From: a virus
Lineage: Duplodnaviria; Heunggongvirae; Uroviricota; Caudoviricetes
Reading direction: 5' to 3' (one strand)
Virus record (IMG/VR): IMGVR_UViG_2571042636_000008
Coordinates: 1 to 43,701 of that record
Length of the DNA: 43,701 nt
Under the pieces are notes generated by a model. It saw nothing but the letters and a program-made list of their open reading frames with translations. It did no database searches and had not been told where the DNA came from. Below are positions 1 to 8,789 of this stretch, one piece after another. Position 1 is the stretch's first letter. The number at the start of each line of letters is the position of its first letter. Position numbers and translations under genes: made by a program.

Positions 1-1260
1 TCATATTCCTATCGCCATGCCATGGGGCATGGATGGGGCAAAGTCCGATAATTTCTGGTTCAACATAGCAATCTGATCGCTGCTGCTGTCGGCCATCCAG
101 GCGCCGTAAACATTGAAAACCATCTGGGCGCTGGAGTGTCCCATCTGGCTGGCAATGAAACTCGGATTGGCCCCGGCAGACAGCGACCAGCAGGCGTAAG
201 TGTGTCTCGACTGATACGCCTTGCGGTGCCTTAAACCTGACCGTTTAAGCGCCGCATCCCATGAGTCACCAACTGAATCGGCTTTGTACAGGTAACCTAC
301 GCTGCCACTTTTTTTAACCAACTGAGGATTGAACACAAATGTACAGTCGTGAATGACCGTTCGGCCATACTCCCGCAGTTGTACCTCAACCTGATACTGC
401 CTGCCTAACCTGGTCATTTCCGCCTGGTTCCTCAAAGCGTCAATGGCTGGCTTGATCAGGTGAACGACCCTGTCGGTACCGGCTTCGGTTTTTGGTAGAG
501 TGAAATCACCGAGTTTCGTATAATTCCGGCGTATGGTCATCGTTCCAGTTTTCAGATCTATGTCTTCCCATGCGAGGGATACCAGCTCACCGTGACGTAA
601 TCCTGTGTATACCGCAATTGACCACAGGTTTTTCGTTTGCTGATGCTTGCAGGCATCAATGAAGCGAACGAATTCATCACGTGTGAGCGGATCTGGTTCT
701 ATCCTGGCCCTCTTTAGCGGCTTGATGCCGTTAAACGGGTTTTCACTCACATAGCCATTATCAACAGCGAACTGAAACATACCCGCGATCGTGGTCATGT
801 AGTAGTTTACCGTCACCACACTCAACCCTTTATCCCCCGCCAGCATATCCTTCCTGATATAGAGAAGCTCTTCTCTTGTCACAGACGAAACCAGCTTATT
901 CGCGCCAACCCTCGGCAGCATGCTTCTCACCACCGATTCATACCTGTTTATGGCATTAGCGCAGATCTCCATCCGTTTAAGCTCAAGCCATTTTTCAGAC
1001 AGATCTTTTACGGTGATATCTTTCTTCCCGATGCCGAAAGTTTTCAGATTTGGCGAGTTGGGGAATTGGGCCGCATAGTCAAAGGTCCCCATGCGGATAG
1101 CGAAACAAACTGACGTTCTCAGCTCCCCGGCCACCTTCCTGTTTTTAGCGGTGTCAGGGACACCGAGGTTTTCCCTGACACGCTTACCTTTAAAAATGAA
1201 CCATATGCGGAGTGACTTTCCGTGGTTCTCAACGCCCGTTGGGTATGATTCTTTACTCAT
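1..1260 (-). CDS. int: Tyrosine-type site-specific integrase
   Basis: 419-aa ORF; C-terminal catalytic region with R...HxxR...Y pattern (LRHRKAYQSRHTYA...VYG) typical of lambda-family integrases; stop codon at window positions 1-3. Confidence 0.9.
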   Translation of the reverse strand: MSKESYPTGVENHGKSLRIWFIFKGKRVRENLGVPDTAKNRKVAGELRTSVCFAIRMGTFDYAAQFPNSPNLKTFGIGKKDITVKDLSEKWLELKRMEICANAINRYESVVRSMLPRVGANKLVSSVTREELLYIRKDMLAGDKGLSVVTVNYYMTTIAGMFQFAVDNGYVSENPFNGIKPLKRARIEPDPLTRDEFVRFIDACKHQQTKNLWSIAVYTGLRHGELVSLAWEDIDLKTGTMTIRRNYTKLGDFTLPKTEAGTDRVVHLIKPAIDALRNQAEMTRLGRQYQVEVQLREYGRTVIHDCTFVFNPQLVKKSGSVGYLYKADSVGDSWDAALKRSGLRHRKAYQSRHTYACWSLSAGANPSFIASQMGHSSAQMVFNVYGAWMADSSSDQIAMLNQKLSDFAPSMPHGMAIGI

Positions 1261-1302
1261 TTATCCCTCCCGACGTCCAGGAGCGTTGCAAGTTTACCTG
1301 TT

Positions 1303-1548
1303 TCATACCGCCCGATCACCCAATGGTTGCTTTTGCGCCTGAATCCATGCGTCTACCGCTTTGCGGTTGTACATGCATTCGCTGGTTGGCTTTGGGTCAC
1401 CTTCAGGGGAAACGTGCTTATACTCACGCCCAAGCAGCCAGGATGATTTGCGGGCCCGTGTAATGGTTCCACGTTTCATCCCTGTGACTGCCATCAGCAA
1501 GTCCTCTGAAACCCATTCGTTTGGCTCGATCTGGATTATTGTCTGCAT
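1303..1548 (-). CDS. Excisionase-like small DNA-binding protein
   Basis: 81-aa basic ORF immediately upstream of int on same strand, classic xis position; sequence family not verified. Confidence 0.55.
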   Translation of the reverse strand: MQTIIQIEPNEWVSEDLLMAVTGMKRGTITRARKSSWLLGREYKHVSPEGDPKPTSECMYNRKAVDAWIQAQKQPLGDRAV

Positions 1549-1707
1549 GCATCACCTCTGCCGCACTCTTTAACTGATATAGAATTCCCAGCTACTGGCG
1601 ACGGAATTCATAACCTTAATCGCCATTTCAGCCGTTTCCCTGCTGTCGTAACACTGGAAATACATCTCCTGCCCAGTACGTTTAAGCTTCATCATTACCC
1701 ACATACA

Positions 1708-1926
1708 TCACCTCAGGTGCTTACCACGTTCTTCAAACTCTTCTTGGCAATCAGCGCAGCGCTGACAACCCGCCACCAGTTCCCGGCGCCGCTCGGGTAT
1801 CTCTTCCCCGCAGTCGCGGCAGTGAGTAGCCGAAACCGCCGCATGATTGATGCGCATGTTCTGGATGGTCATTTCCAGCCGGCGCTCTGCCAGCTCGTTG
1901 GCCTGATCGATGATTTCTGCGCTCAT
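1708..1926 (-). CDS. TraR/DksA-family C4 zinc-finger protein
   Basis: 72 aa with CxxC-(17)-CxxC (CRDCGEEIPERRRELVAGCQRCADC) as in phage TraR-like proteins. Confidence 0.7.
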   Translation of the reverse strand: MSAEIIDQANELAERRLEMTIQNMRINHAAVSATHCRDCGEEIPERRRELVAGCQRCADCQEEFEERGKHLR

Positions 1927-2597
1927 GCTGCACCGCCTTCAACGCGCTTAAACGAAATGACCCAAACCCAGGGATTAGCTTTCCAGCTTTCGTCGCCGTA
2001 GATAGATGACCACAACTCAGCAAAGTTGTCGTATGGCGTCATAACCTCGCCGCCGCTATCCGGGTCAGAGTATGTTGGCCGCCACCCAGTAAGCTCCATG
2101 CCTTCAGCTTGAGCATCTTCTTGGCTAATAGCGTTCAGCCGCTCAACGCGCACATCAGTGATTTCCAGCAGAATGCGGCTGGCCCAGCGCGGCATGTGGA
2201 TTGATGGTCGCCAGCAGCAATGCAGTTCATCATCTGCATCGTAAAACTCTGGCGCTGGCACTCCATCAGCCTTGTAAACGCAGAATTCGGGCTTCTCAAA
2301 CGGAGTGGGGTCTTTGCAATAGCTATCCATTAGGTCGTAGTCGAACAGTGGACCCTGAAACGTCTCGCGTACCCAGATACGGTCGCCTGGTTGTCCGTAA
2401 TGGCAAAAATGAGCAGTGGTGCTGCCATGCTTGTGTCTCAGAGATGATTTCCAGCCAATTGCTTCTGGGTTAGGAAAAATGCAACGCTCGATATCGTCTG
2501 CTGGTTGTGGTGCCATAATCCGCCTGGTCTGTGTCTTCCGACCGTCGAGAATGGCCCGCACCATCTCCCCGTTAAAAATCATTCCGCGTTCTTTCAT
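1923..2597 (-). CDS. Hypothetical phage protein, possible ASCH/PUA-like N-terminus
   Basis: 224-aa ORF, 4-nt overlap with neighbours; N-terminal MVRAILDGRKTQTRR resembles the GxKxxExR motif of ASCH domains (weak, from memory). Confidence 0.55.
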   Translation of the reverse strand: MKERGMIFNGEMVRAILDGRKTQTRRIMAPQPADDIERCIFPNPEAIGWKSSLRHKHGSTTAHFCHYGQPGDRIWVRETFQGPLFDYDLMDSYCKDPTPFEKPEFCVYKADGVPAPEFYDADDELHCCWRPSIHMPRWASRILLEITDVRVERLNAISQEDAQAEGMELTGWRPTYSDPDSGGEVMTPYDNFAELWSSIYGDESWKANPWVWVISFKRVEGGAA

Positions 2598-2815
2598 GAT
2601 TCCACTCCATAGCGGCCGCTAAGCCGCCCAATAACACTGACAAATTTCACCAGACTGACACCCATCGGCTTTACCTTCTCGTAGTGCTTGCGAAGGATGG
2701 GGGGGCATACAGCGTTCCACTTCGGTTTAGGCTTTACGTTCATCGCTTTGGTTATCTCTTCTGCGCAGCGACGAGCCTGGGCGCGGAGAGCGTTTTCTTT
2801 TTCTTCTGGCGTCAT
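2594..2815 (-). CDS. Hypothetical small protein
   Basis: 73-aa ORF translationally coupled (4-nt overlaps) on both sides. Confidence 0.45.
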   Translation of the reverse strand: MTPEEKENALRAQARRCAEEITKAMNVKPKPKWNAVCPPILRKHYEKVKPMGVSLVKFVSVIGRLSGRYGVES

Positions 2816-3339
2816 GCAGCCTCCAGATTCCCGATCCGCTTTAACTCAGCCAGCGATACAGTCGTGATGATGTGTCGCGGGGTGATGTACGGACGCCAGA
2901 TAAACAGAAGCGAGCCTTTGGGGTTGCTCCGGCGCTTTCCTGTAACGGATGCCGGAACAAACTGAACACGGCCGCCGGTTATGAGTCTGAGTTCATCAGC
3001 TGATTGCATGGCTGAAATAAACCAGCCGGTAGAAATGTCAGCCGGTAACAACATCACTACGGCCTGAGACTGCGCCCGGGATTGCTCGGCTGCCTTTTCC
3101 ACCCACGGCCCAATATCGGAATAGGGCGGGTTACACCATATTGCCCCGTATGACGTCCATTCACTGTTCAGCGAGTCATCCAGCTCAGTGAGGTAGTGAG
3201 CGCATAGCGCATTACTCTCAGAGGCTGCAGCATCCAGCCAGAAGCCAAACTCGCGGTCGAGCGCATTGAAAATTTCAATCGGTGTTTGCCAGTAGTCACG
3301 TTCATTTTTTGGAGTTTTCGACCCGCCGAAATCAGTCAT
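2812..3339 (-). CDS. Phage DNA N6-adenine methyltransferase (Dam-like)
   Basis: DYWQTP...CNPPYS (NPPY catalytic motif); start moved to internal ATG at 3339 preceded by AGAGGTG RBS; the track ORF extends to 3378. Confidence 0.8.
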   Translation of the reverse strand: MTDFGGSKTPKNERDYWQTPIEIFNALDREFGFWLDAAASESNALCAHYLTELDDSLNSEWTSYGAIWCNPPYSDIGPWVEKAAEQSRAQSQAVVMLLPADISTGWFISAMQSADELRLITGGRVQFVPASVTGKRRSNPKGSLLFIWRPYITPRHIITTVSLAELKRIGNLEAA

Positions 3340-3367
3340 TGCGCACCTCTTTTCGTGTCTGCCTTTC

Positions 3368-3991
3368 TCATGCGGCATGGTCGTGGTTTTTTATGCTGGA
3401 AATTTCTTTCTCCAGCTCTTCCAGGAACTTTTTCACTTCGGACTCAATCTCATTTGCCAGTGCTTCGTCGAAGTGAATGCGCTTTTTGAAATAGGCGAGG
3501 TCTGGTGGTAGACGATCGTCGAAACTAACGAAATCACACCATTTACGCCCTGTGCACATCATCTGAGCGTGCATCTGCAGCAGGTACTGGCGTTTTGGCT
3601 CGCCAGTTTTTAAGGTCTCAAGATGAGTCCAGGTGTTGGGGCACTTAATTTCGATAAGCCCATCACCATTAACAAGCCCATCAGGGCTTGCTGCAAATCC
3701 TGGTATAGATGGGTGATCGATAAGCCCCACTTCAGTGATTTCGGCATCGAACTCATTCAGCGCATACATTTCGCGCGCTACCGGCTCGAGTTCTGTTCCG
3801 CGCATCATTGCGGCGTTGGAGAAACCTTCTTCAAGCTTCCCGGTGAGGCGCTGGCAAATCAGCTCGGCCATGTAGTTCTGTCGGCTTGCGGCATAGCCAG
3901 ACTTGGTTCTGGCCATGACGTCAGCAAGGCGGCTGGCTGTGACTTTTCCGCAGCGAGCGGCAAACCATTCTGGGGTGCGTTGTTCCATCAT
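3368..3991 (-). CDS. YqaJ-like viral recombination exonuclease
   Basis: RTPEWF...GKVTASR...EIKCP motifs typical of the YqaJ/lambda-Exo-like family; adjacent to RecT. Confidence 0.8.
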   Translation of the reverse strand: MMEQRTPEWFAARCGKVTASRLADVMARTKSGYAASRQNYMAELICQRLTGKLEEGFSNAAMMRGTELEPVAREMYALNEFDAEITEVGLIDHPSIPGFAASPDGLVNGDGLIEIKCPNTWTHLETLKTGEPKRQYLLQMHAQMMCTGRKWCDFVSFDDRLPPDLAYFKKRIHFDEALANEIESEVKKFLEELEKEISSIKNHDHAA

Positions 3992-4734
3992 TTATCCTCC
4001 GGCGCTGCGGCATCGACAGGTTCTGCGTTGTCGACTGCAAGGCTCATGTCATACATGCGACGCTTCTCAACCGCGCCGATAACCTGTTTCTCTTCTGCGC
4101 TTAACGCCACCCAGAATTCCTGATACTTAACAGTTCCAAGGCGTGCGGCAGACTCGCCTTTTGCGATCAGTTCCGGGCGGCGATCATCCGATTCATGCCC
4201 TACATGAACCTCTGTCGCACTCCCTTCAATGACACGTTCGGCTTCGTCCTGATCGAAGATGCCAGCAAACCCAAATGCGAGACGCGCACACTGGATCAGC
4301 GTCTTGTGACGAAGCATACGGGTAGGGTGGGACTGCCATGGCTGAGTGTTGCGTTTGCACTCTCCCATGTACTCAGTAACGATGGTCGGGTGTGTGCGGT
4401 CTTTCCGGTATATCTTGCAGGTACACGCGCCTTCTTCCTTGTCGTAGGCAAACTCCATTCCATCAAACTGAGGATGTTCGTTGATGATTCGAGCCCAGCC
4501 GTCAACGCCGACCACTGGAACAATTCCGCCTTTATCCGGGAATGCATAAATCTCCTTCGTCCACGGATTTAGTCCGTACTGGTTGGCGACGATCAGCAGT
4601 GCCGTGAACTGCTCATCAGTGACATTCCCACCCTTAAATGCTGTATTTTTCAGAGTGTTCATCAGGTCAGTTCCGGCATCCATGCCGAGGCGGGAGGCAA
4701 GCTTCCCGGCCATTGTAGAAAGTGCTGTGCTCAT
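3988..4734 (-). CDS. recT: RecT-family single-strand annealing recombinase
   Basis: RecT-like sequence; start chosen at internal ATG (4734) with GAGGGG RBS; the track ORF extends to 4785. Confidence 0.85.
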   Translation of the reverse strand: MSTALSTMAGKLASRLGMDAGTDLMNTLKNTAFKGGNVTDEQFTALLIVANQYGLNPWTKEIYAFPDKGGIVPVVGVDGWARIINEHPQFDGMEFAYDKEEGACTCKIYRKDRTHPTIVTEYMGECKRNTQPWQSHPTRMLRHKTLIQCARLAFGFAGIFDQDEAERVIEGSATEVHVGHESDDRRPELIAKGESAARLGTVKYQEFWVALSAEEKQVIGAVEKRRMYDMSLAVDNAEPVDAAAPEDK

Positions 4735-4750
4735 AGAATTCCCCTCAAAG

Positions 4751-5041
4751 TTAAAACGGGCAGCCGGTGCGGTGGTCCCAGTCATATTCCGCCTGGGCGT
4801 AAGCTACTGCCGAGATGAGATCGTTATATGCCTCGCCAGCTGCATCGCTGCGGAGGCCTTCGTATGGGCTTTTGTCCATCGGCACAGAGAAGCGGAACAG
4901 GCCTGACGGCTCTTTCGGCAGGGCGTCGATAATTTCCTGCGCCCGATCGTCAATCCACTTTTGCTTCTCTTCGGTTAGCGACTGTTCAGCCCATTTCCTT
5001 TCTTCGATAGCGTCGTATGCGCGGTATGCGTTCATAAGCAC
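4751..5041 (-). CDS. Hypothetical protein
   Basis: 96-aa ORF in the early-left operon between the coiled-coil gene and recT. Confidence 0.5.
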   Translation of the reverse strand: MLMNAYRAYDAIEERKWAEQSLTEEKQKWIDDRAQEIIDALPKEPSGLFRFSVPMDKSPYEGLRSDAAGEAYNDLISAVAYAQAEYDWDHRTGCPF

Positions 5042-5042
5042 C

Positions 5043-6014
5043 TCAGTAACTGATACCGGTATGGGGAATGCAGCCGTCTTTAACCGCTGTAAGCACCTCG
5101 ATAGCCTGATCCCGAGTAAGGCTGGTATTGGCCAGAAGAGCTTTGACGATTTCAGTGCCTACAGCCTTGCGGTGCTTAACGTCGGCTTCGCGGCGAGCCT
5201 GCTCATCGGCTTTACGTTTCTCCTCAGCCAGGCGGGCCTGTTCGCGTTGCTCTGCCTCGCGGCGGATGCGATCGGCTTCTTCCTGAGCTTTGCGGCGCTC
5301 CGCTTCGATAGCGGCCTGCTTGTCAGCCTCAGCTTTCTTCTCGGCTGCAATGCGATCTCGCTCTGCCTGCTCAGCTTGTGCTTTCAACACAGCTTCGCGA
5401 TGCGCCGCTTCTTCACGTTCACGCTGTGCGCGCTGCTCAACTTCTCGGGCTGCTGCGGCGGCTGCCATTCGCTTAATTTCTTCTTCATGGGCAATGCGCT
5501 GGCGCTCAGCCTCAGCTGCTTTATCTGCCTGCTCTCGGTCGAAAGCGTCATTCATCAGCAGGGCCATTTCGTGGTCAGACTCAATCCGAGCTGCCAGCTG
5601 CCGATCGAACTCTTCATTCATGGCCAGTGCTTCGACGTGAAGGGCGTTCATGGCTTCTTCGGCCTTAATGCGTTCCTGCTCCGCCTCCCATTCGGTCAAC
5701 GGGCGACGCACTTCATCTTTCAGTGCATCGAGACGCTCACGGACAACGCGGCGGCTTTCATCAATCTGCTTTGGCAGCGCCTTCAGCTCAGCGACCAGGG
5801 CTTTACCTGCGTTGTCGATGTAGGTTTTAGAGCGCGCGACCTTGTGAGCCATGGATGCGATAGCATCGCGGCCTTTTTTGGTGGTCACGTCCGGCACCAG
5901 ACTGCGAGCCTCTTTTTCGATCGCTTCGATAAGCGGATCGAGTTGGTCGTTATTGGTGAAAACCGCCATCGCGTTCTTTTTCTCGATGACGACTAAATCC
6001 ATTATTTCGCTCAT
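5043..6014 (-). CDS. Coiled-coil protein, Ala/Glu/Arg-rich, unknown function
   Basis: 323 aa; long low-complexity charged helical region (AEAERQRIAHEEEIKRMAAAAAAREVEQRAQREREEAAHREA...); antisense ORFs in this region are GC-skew artefacts. Confidence 0.6.
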   Translation of the reverse strand: MSEIMDLVVIEKKNAMAVFTNNDQLDPLIEAIEKEARSLVPDVTTKKGRDAIASMAHKVARSKTYIDNAGKALVAELKALPKQIDESRRVVRERLDALKDEVRRPLTEWEAEQERIKAEEAMNALHVEALAMNEEFDRQLAARIESDHEMALLMNDAFDREQADKAAEAERQRIAHEEEIKRMAAAAAAREVEQRAQREREEAAHREAVLKAQAEQAERDRIAAEKKAEADKQAAIEAERRKAQEEADRIRREAEQREQARLAEEKRKADEQARREADVKHRKAVGTEIVKALLANTSLTRDQAIEVLTAVKDGCIPHTGISY

Positions 6015-6101
6015 GGTTTCCCCTGAAATTTGGTTGTAAGAATCCCGGCACCGTATTGGCTGCCTGATAGCTCAGTTAAATTCGTGCGCTGATATGCGCG
6101 G

Positions 6102-6296
6102 TTAATGCGTCCCGGCTGGAACCAGATTCGGCAGCAGGTCGCGTGCCTCAAATGCTTTGCGAATGTGGCGCAGGTTGCCCTGTGGCTCGAACCAGAAGGT
6201 TTCTTTCAGGTAGTCACGTGAAACCTTCCAGGCGGCGCCAGTTTTAGCGTTGCGCATCATCACGGCGCGTCCGTTGTTAGGAATTGAGTTAGCCAT
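6102..6296 (-). CDS. Hypothetical small protein
   Basis: 64-aa ORF in early-left operon. Confidence 0.4.
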   Translation of the reverse strand: MANSIPNNGRAVMMRNAKTGAAWKVSRDYLKETFWFEPQGNLRHIRKAFEARDLLPNLVPAGTH

Positions 6297-6395
6297 TGAA
6301 CACCCCCGTAGCGTGCAGAATTTTGATAATCACCGCTGTCCAGATAACGCCGCAGATCAGCAGGCAGTAAATCAGTGAACGAATGCCTTGTTTGC

Positions 6396-6626
6396 TCATA
6401 CTTTCTCCCGCGCTTTCAACATTGCATCAGCCATCAGGTAAGAAAGCTCAGCAATAATGAAATCATCTTCACTTCTCGCAGGGTGCTCAATGCCCGCTGG
6501 ATAACCTGCCAGCCAGCCCTGCATCGCTTTTGCTGCAAAGTAATCACGAACAGTCAAACCTTCGTACCCTTGCGTTGGATATGCAGGGCCGCCATTGTTT
6601 TCTTTGCTCATTTTCCACCCCAGCAC
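6396..6626 (-). CDS. Hypothetical small protein (first gene of the leftward early operon)
   Basis: 76-aa ORF immediately downstream (leftward) of the AT-rich OL region; not Arg-rich so not an obvious N-type antiterminator. Confidence 0.45.
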   Translation of the reverse strand: MLGWKMSKENNGGPAYPTQGYEGLTVRDYFAAKAMQGWLAGYPAGIEHPARSEDDFIIAELSYLMADAMLKAREKV

Positions 6627-6779
6627 GGATAGCTAACTGCGATAACAGCAACCAAAAACGGAACGACCTTTAACCAAAAATTACGCCATGCAGGCTTGTC
6701 TTCTTCGCGGATCATCTCTTAACCTTTGCCTTATCGCGGCTAACGGGACGTTTTGACTTCACCCCGGCGTTGCCGGTGT

Positions 6780-6900
6780 TGTTTGGATAAATTGAATATA
6801 CAAAATACAATCAATCTTGTAAACACATAAAATTGTATTTTGTTGTATTTAACAACCAAGTGGTTGTTTTTGTTGTTTTTATATTTGTTATTTGGCGTAT
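6780..6900. promoter_or_regulatory. Putative OL/PL operator-promoter region
   Basis: AT-rich; contains TACAATCAATCTTGTA (TACAA-N6-TTGTA) and further TACAA/TTGTA half-sites matching the motif in the cI-cro intergenic region. Confidence 0.5.
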
Positions 6901-6931
6901 TTCAGGAGGGGATGTTGTGTTACAGGCGAAA

Positions 6932-6958
6932 AAAAAGCCCGTCACCGGGCTTTGCAGT
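6932..6958 (-). terminator. Rho-independent terminator downstream of the cI-linked membrane-protein gene
   Basis: Minus strand reads GCCCGGTGACGGGC followed by an 8-T run. Confidence 0.55.
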
Positions 6959-6969
6959 AGTGATAGTGG

Positions 6970-7404
6970 TTATTTTTGCAGGGATTTTATTGCGGAAGGG
7001 GTAAGCATAGAAGGGGGAAGGCTGCGAAGGTTATAAATGTAAGTCATATAGCACCCGCAATCTCTTGGGAGCGGTATGTCATTAAGGAATCCATCAACCC
7101 CGGGCTTTATCAATTTTTTCTTTATCGCCCATGATCCCTTAATTGTATAGATCCTCCCCTCTCGTTCTGCATGCTCTTTGCAGCCCCTTGATTTCCATAC
7201 AGCCGCAAGGGCATTGTTATCAACTGCATAACTGTGATCAGCCGCATTAAGTAGCGTTTTCGCATTTTTAACCGAAGAGTCTATGCTTACTGGTTGATAC
7301 TGTTTTAACTTCTTTTTTGTGGACTGTTTTGTATGCCAAATAAAAACGAACAGGCAACACGTAACTGCTAAGAACGCCCCAAGCAAAAAAGAGAAAAAAC
7401 TCAT
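6970..7404 (-). CDS. Membrane-anchored protein in the immunity region (rexB/sieB position); candidate superinfection exclusion or abortive infection factor
   Basis: 144 aa; N-terminal hydrophobic helix FFSFLLGAFLAVTCCLFVFIW; 20 bp downstream of cI on the same strand, followed by a terminator; more AT-rich than flanks. Confidence 0.6.
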   Translation of the reverse strand: MSFFSFLLGAFLAVTCCLFVFIWHTKQSTKKKLKQYQPVSIDSSVKNAKTLLNAADHSYAVDNNALAAVWKSRGCKEHAEREGRIYTIKGSWAIKKKLIKPGVDGFLNDIPLPRDCGCYMTYIYNLRSLPPSMLTPSAIKSLQK

Positions 7405-7423
7405 GATTACAATCCCTTAATGG

Positions 7424-8119
7424 TTAAAGTAAAACTGAATACCAGAAAACCCTTCCTATGATTTCAACATCTTGCTCCATTGCCTCTTCGTCCTCTCGGT
7501 TGAAGCTGCGTATCACAAGAATTCCACCTGGCTTACGGTATAACTGCTTTATCCGCTTTAGCTTTTCATCTCCGGCACCTGGTTGCGCGATAGCATATAG
7601 TTTTCCATCAATGATCCGTTTGTTATTGGTGTCTACTGCAACCGTTGTTCCATCTGGAATAACAGGCTCCATACTGTCTCCAGTGGCTGGGAAGCAGATA
7701 ACTCCAGAACCATCGCTGTTAGCGCCAACTCTTCGTAAAGTTGCTTTGGAGAACCTCAACTTAAAGCCATTGTGATCATCGCTTTGAATGCGACCATCCC
7801 CGCAGGCAAATTCGATATCTTTCAAAAAAGGCACTTCTACTTCGCCCTCACTTAGTGGGGTATTTTTGTCCCATGAATCGACTTGGGACCATTCTTTTTC
7901 GGGAGGAATTTCACTGGTCATTTCATGCTCCCCAGTTAAGAGCCAGCTAACTGAGCACTTTAAAGCTGCTGCCAACTCCGGCAAGTATCTTGGGCGCTTA
8001 GTCCTTCCGTCTTCGAGTTGCTGTATGGCCTGCTGAGAGGTTTTAGCTAGTGAAGCCAGCTCCGCTTGCGTCAATGATAGCTCCGCACGCCTAAGTTTTA
8101 CTCTGTCCGCAATATTCAT
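7424..8119 (-). CDS. cI: cI-type repressor (N-terminal HTH + C-terminal S24 LexA-like autopeptidase domain)
   Basis: HTH region [33 protein letters not shown]; S24 motifs GDSM and KLKRIK; start at ATG 8119 with GAGGTGGA RBS; the track's longer N-terminal extension rejected. Confidence 0.9.
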   Translation of the reverse strand: MNIADRVKLRRAELSLTQAELASLAKTSQQAIQQLEDGRTKRPRYLPELAAALKCSVSWLLTGEHEMTSEIPPEKEWSQVDSWDKNTPLSEGEVEVPFLKDIEFACGDGRIQSDDHNGFKLRFSKATLRRVGANSDGSGVICFPATGDSMEPVIPDGTTVAVDTNNKRIIDGKLYAIAQPGAGDEKLKRIKQLYRKPGGILVIRSFNREDEEAMEQDVEIIGRVFWYSVLL

Positions 8120-8159
8120 ATCCACCTCATAAACCGATCCCTCATGCTTACAAGAAATA

Positions 8160-8217
8160 AGGTATTTGACAAACAAGTTTGTTTGACAATAAAATACAAA
8201 TAACCTTGTAAAGGAGG
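8160..8217. promoter_or_regulatory. OR/PR region: operators and rightward promoter for cro
   Basis: Direct TTTGACAA repeats; -35 TTGACA (8166-8171) with 18-bp spacer to TAAAAT (8190-8195); operator-like TACAAATAACCTTGTA; AAGGAGG RBS before cro. Confidence 0.6.
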
Positions 8218-8221
8218 CATC

Positions 8222-8443
8222 ATGGAAACTCTTTCTGACCGCGTTAAAAAACGCCGCAATGAACTTAATTTGACCCAAGCCGGTCTTGCTGAGCTTTCTG
8301 GAACCAAACAACAGACTATTCAGCAAGTTGAATCCGGATTAACAAAACGCCCACGCAAGCTCATTGAGCTGGCGACTGCCCTTCAGTGCGAGCCACGCTG
8401 GCTTCTTTTTGGAGAGCAAGGGAATAAAACCAATGCCGCCTAA
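8222..8443 (+). CDS. cro: Cro-like HTH (XRE-family) regulator
   Basis: 73 aa; [26 protein letters not shown]; divergent from cI across the operator region. Confidence 0.8.
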   Translation: METLSDRVKKRRNELNLTQAGLAELSGTKQQTIQQVESGLTKRPRKLIELATALQCEPRWLLFGEQGNKTNAA

Positions 8444-8482
8444 CCGGCGGCCTTTCAAACAACACCAGAGGAAGTATCACAA

Positions 8483-8704
8483 ATGGAGAGTTCAACGACA
8501 CGCAACAAAGTGGAGGCTCGCAGGATAGAAAGCTGGTTACACAGCCAGATAGCTGAACTGGGAACCACGAATATCGCCAAAGTGGCCGGAGTGAATAAGT
8601 CGACGGTGAGTCGCTGGCGGGAAAGTCTGCTGCCGAACATGTCGCTGCTGCTGGCCATCCTGATTTCTAACAGGCCGGGAGAGAAAGGTGATTTTGAAGC
8701 ATGA
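8483..8704 (+). CDS. cII: CII-like transcriptional activator
   Basis: 73 aa; matches lambda CII core from memory (RIESWL...AELGTTNIAKVAGVNKSTVSRWR...LLLAIL); cII position after cro. Confidence 0.75.
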   Translation: MESSTTRNKVEARRIESWLHSQIAELGTTNIAKVAGVNKSTVSRWRESLLPNMSLLLAILISNRPGEKGDFEA

Positions 8705-8789
8705 GTGGGAACAGAAAGGCGAAAGCCGCAGTGCAGCAACACTAACGGCTTTCTACGCGAATTAACTGGATCAATTCACAGGAGTAATT

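Noticed and set aside
4815-5996. 393-aa plus-strand ORF antisense to the coiled-coil gene
   Set aside because: Low-complexity Cys/Ser/Leu-rich translation of the antisense of an Ala/Glu/Arg-rich gene; shadow ORF, wrong orientation for the operon
8120-8326. N-terminal extension of the cI ORF (the track ORF starts at 8326)
   Set aside because: Extension runs through the operator/promoter region; internal ATG at 8119 has a strong RBS and begins the HTH domain
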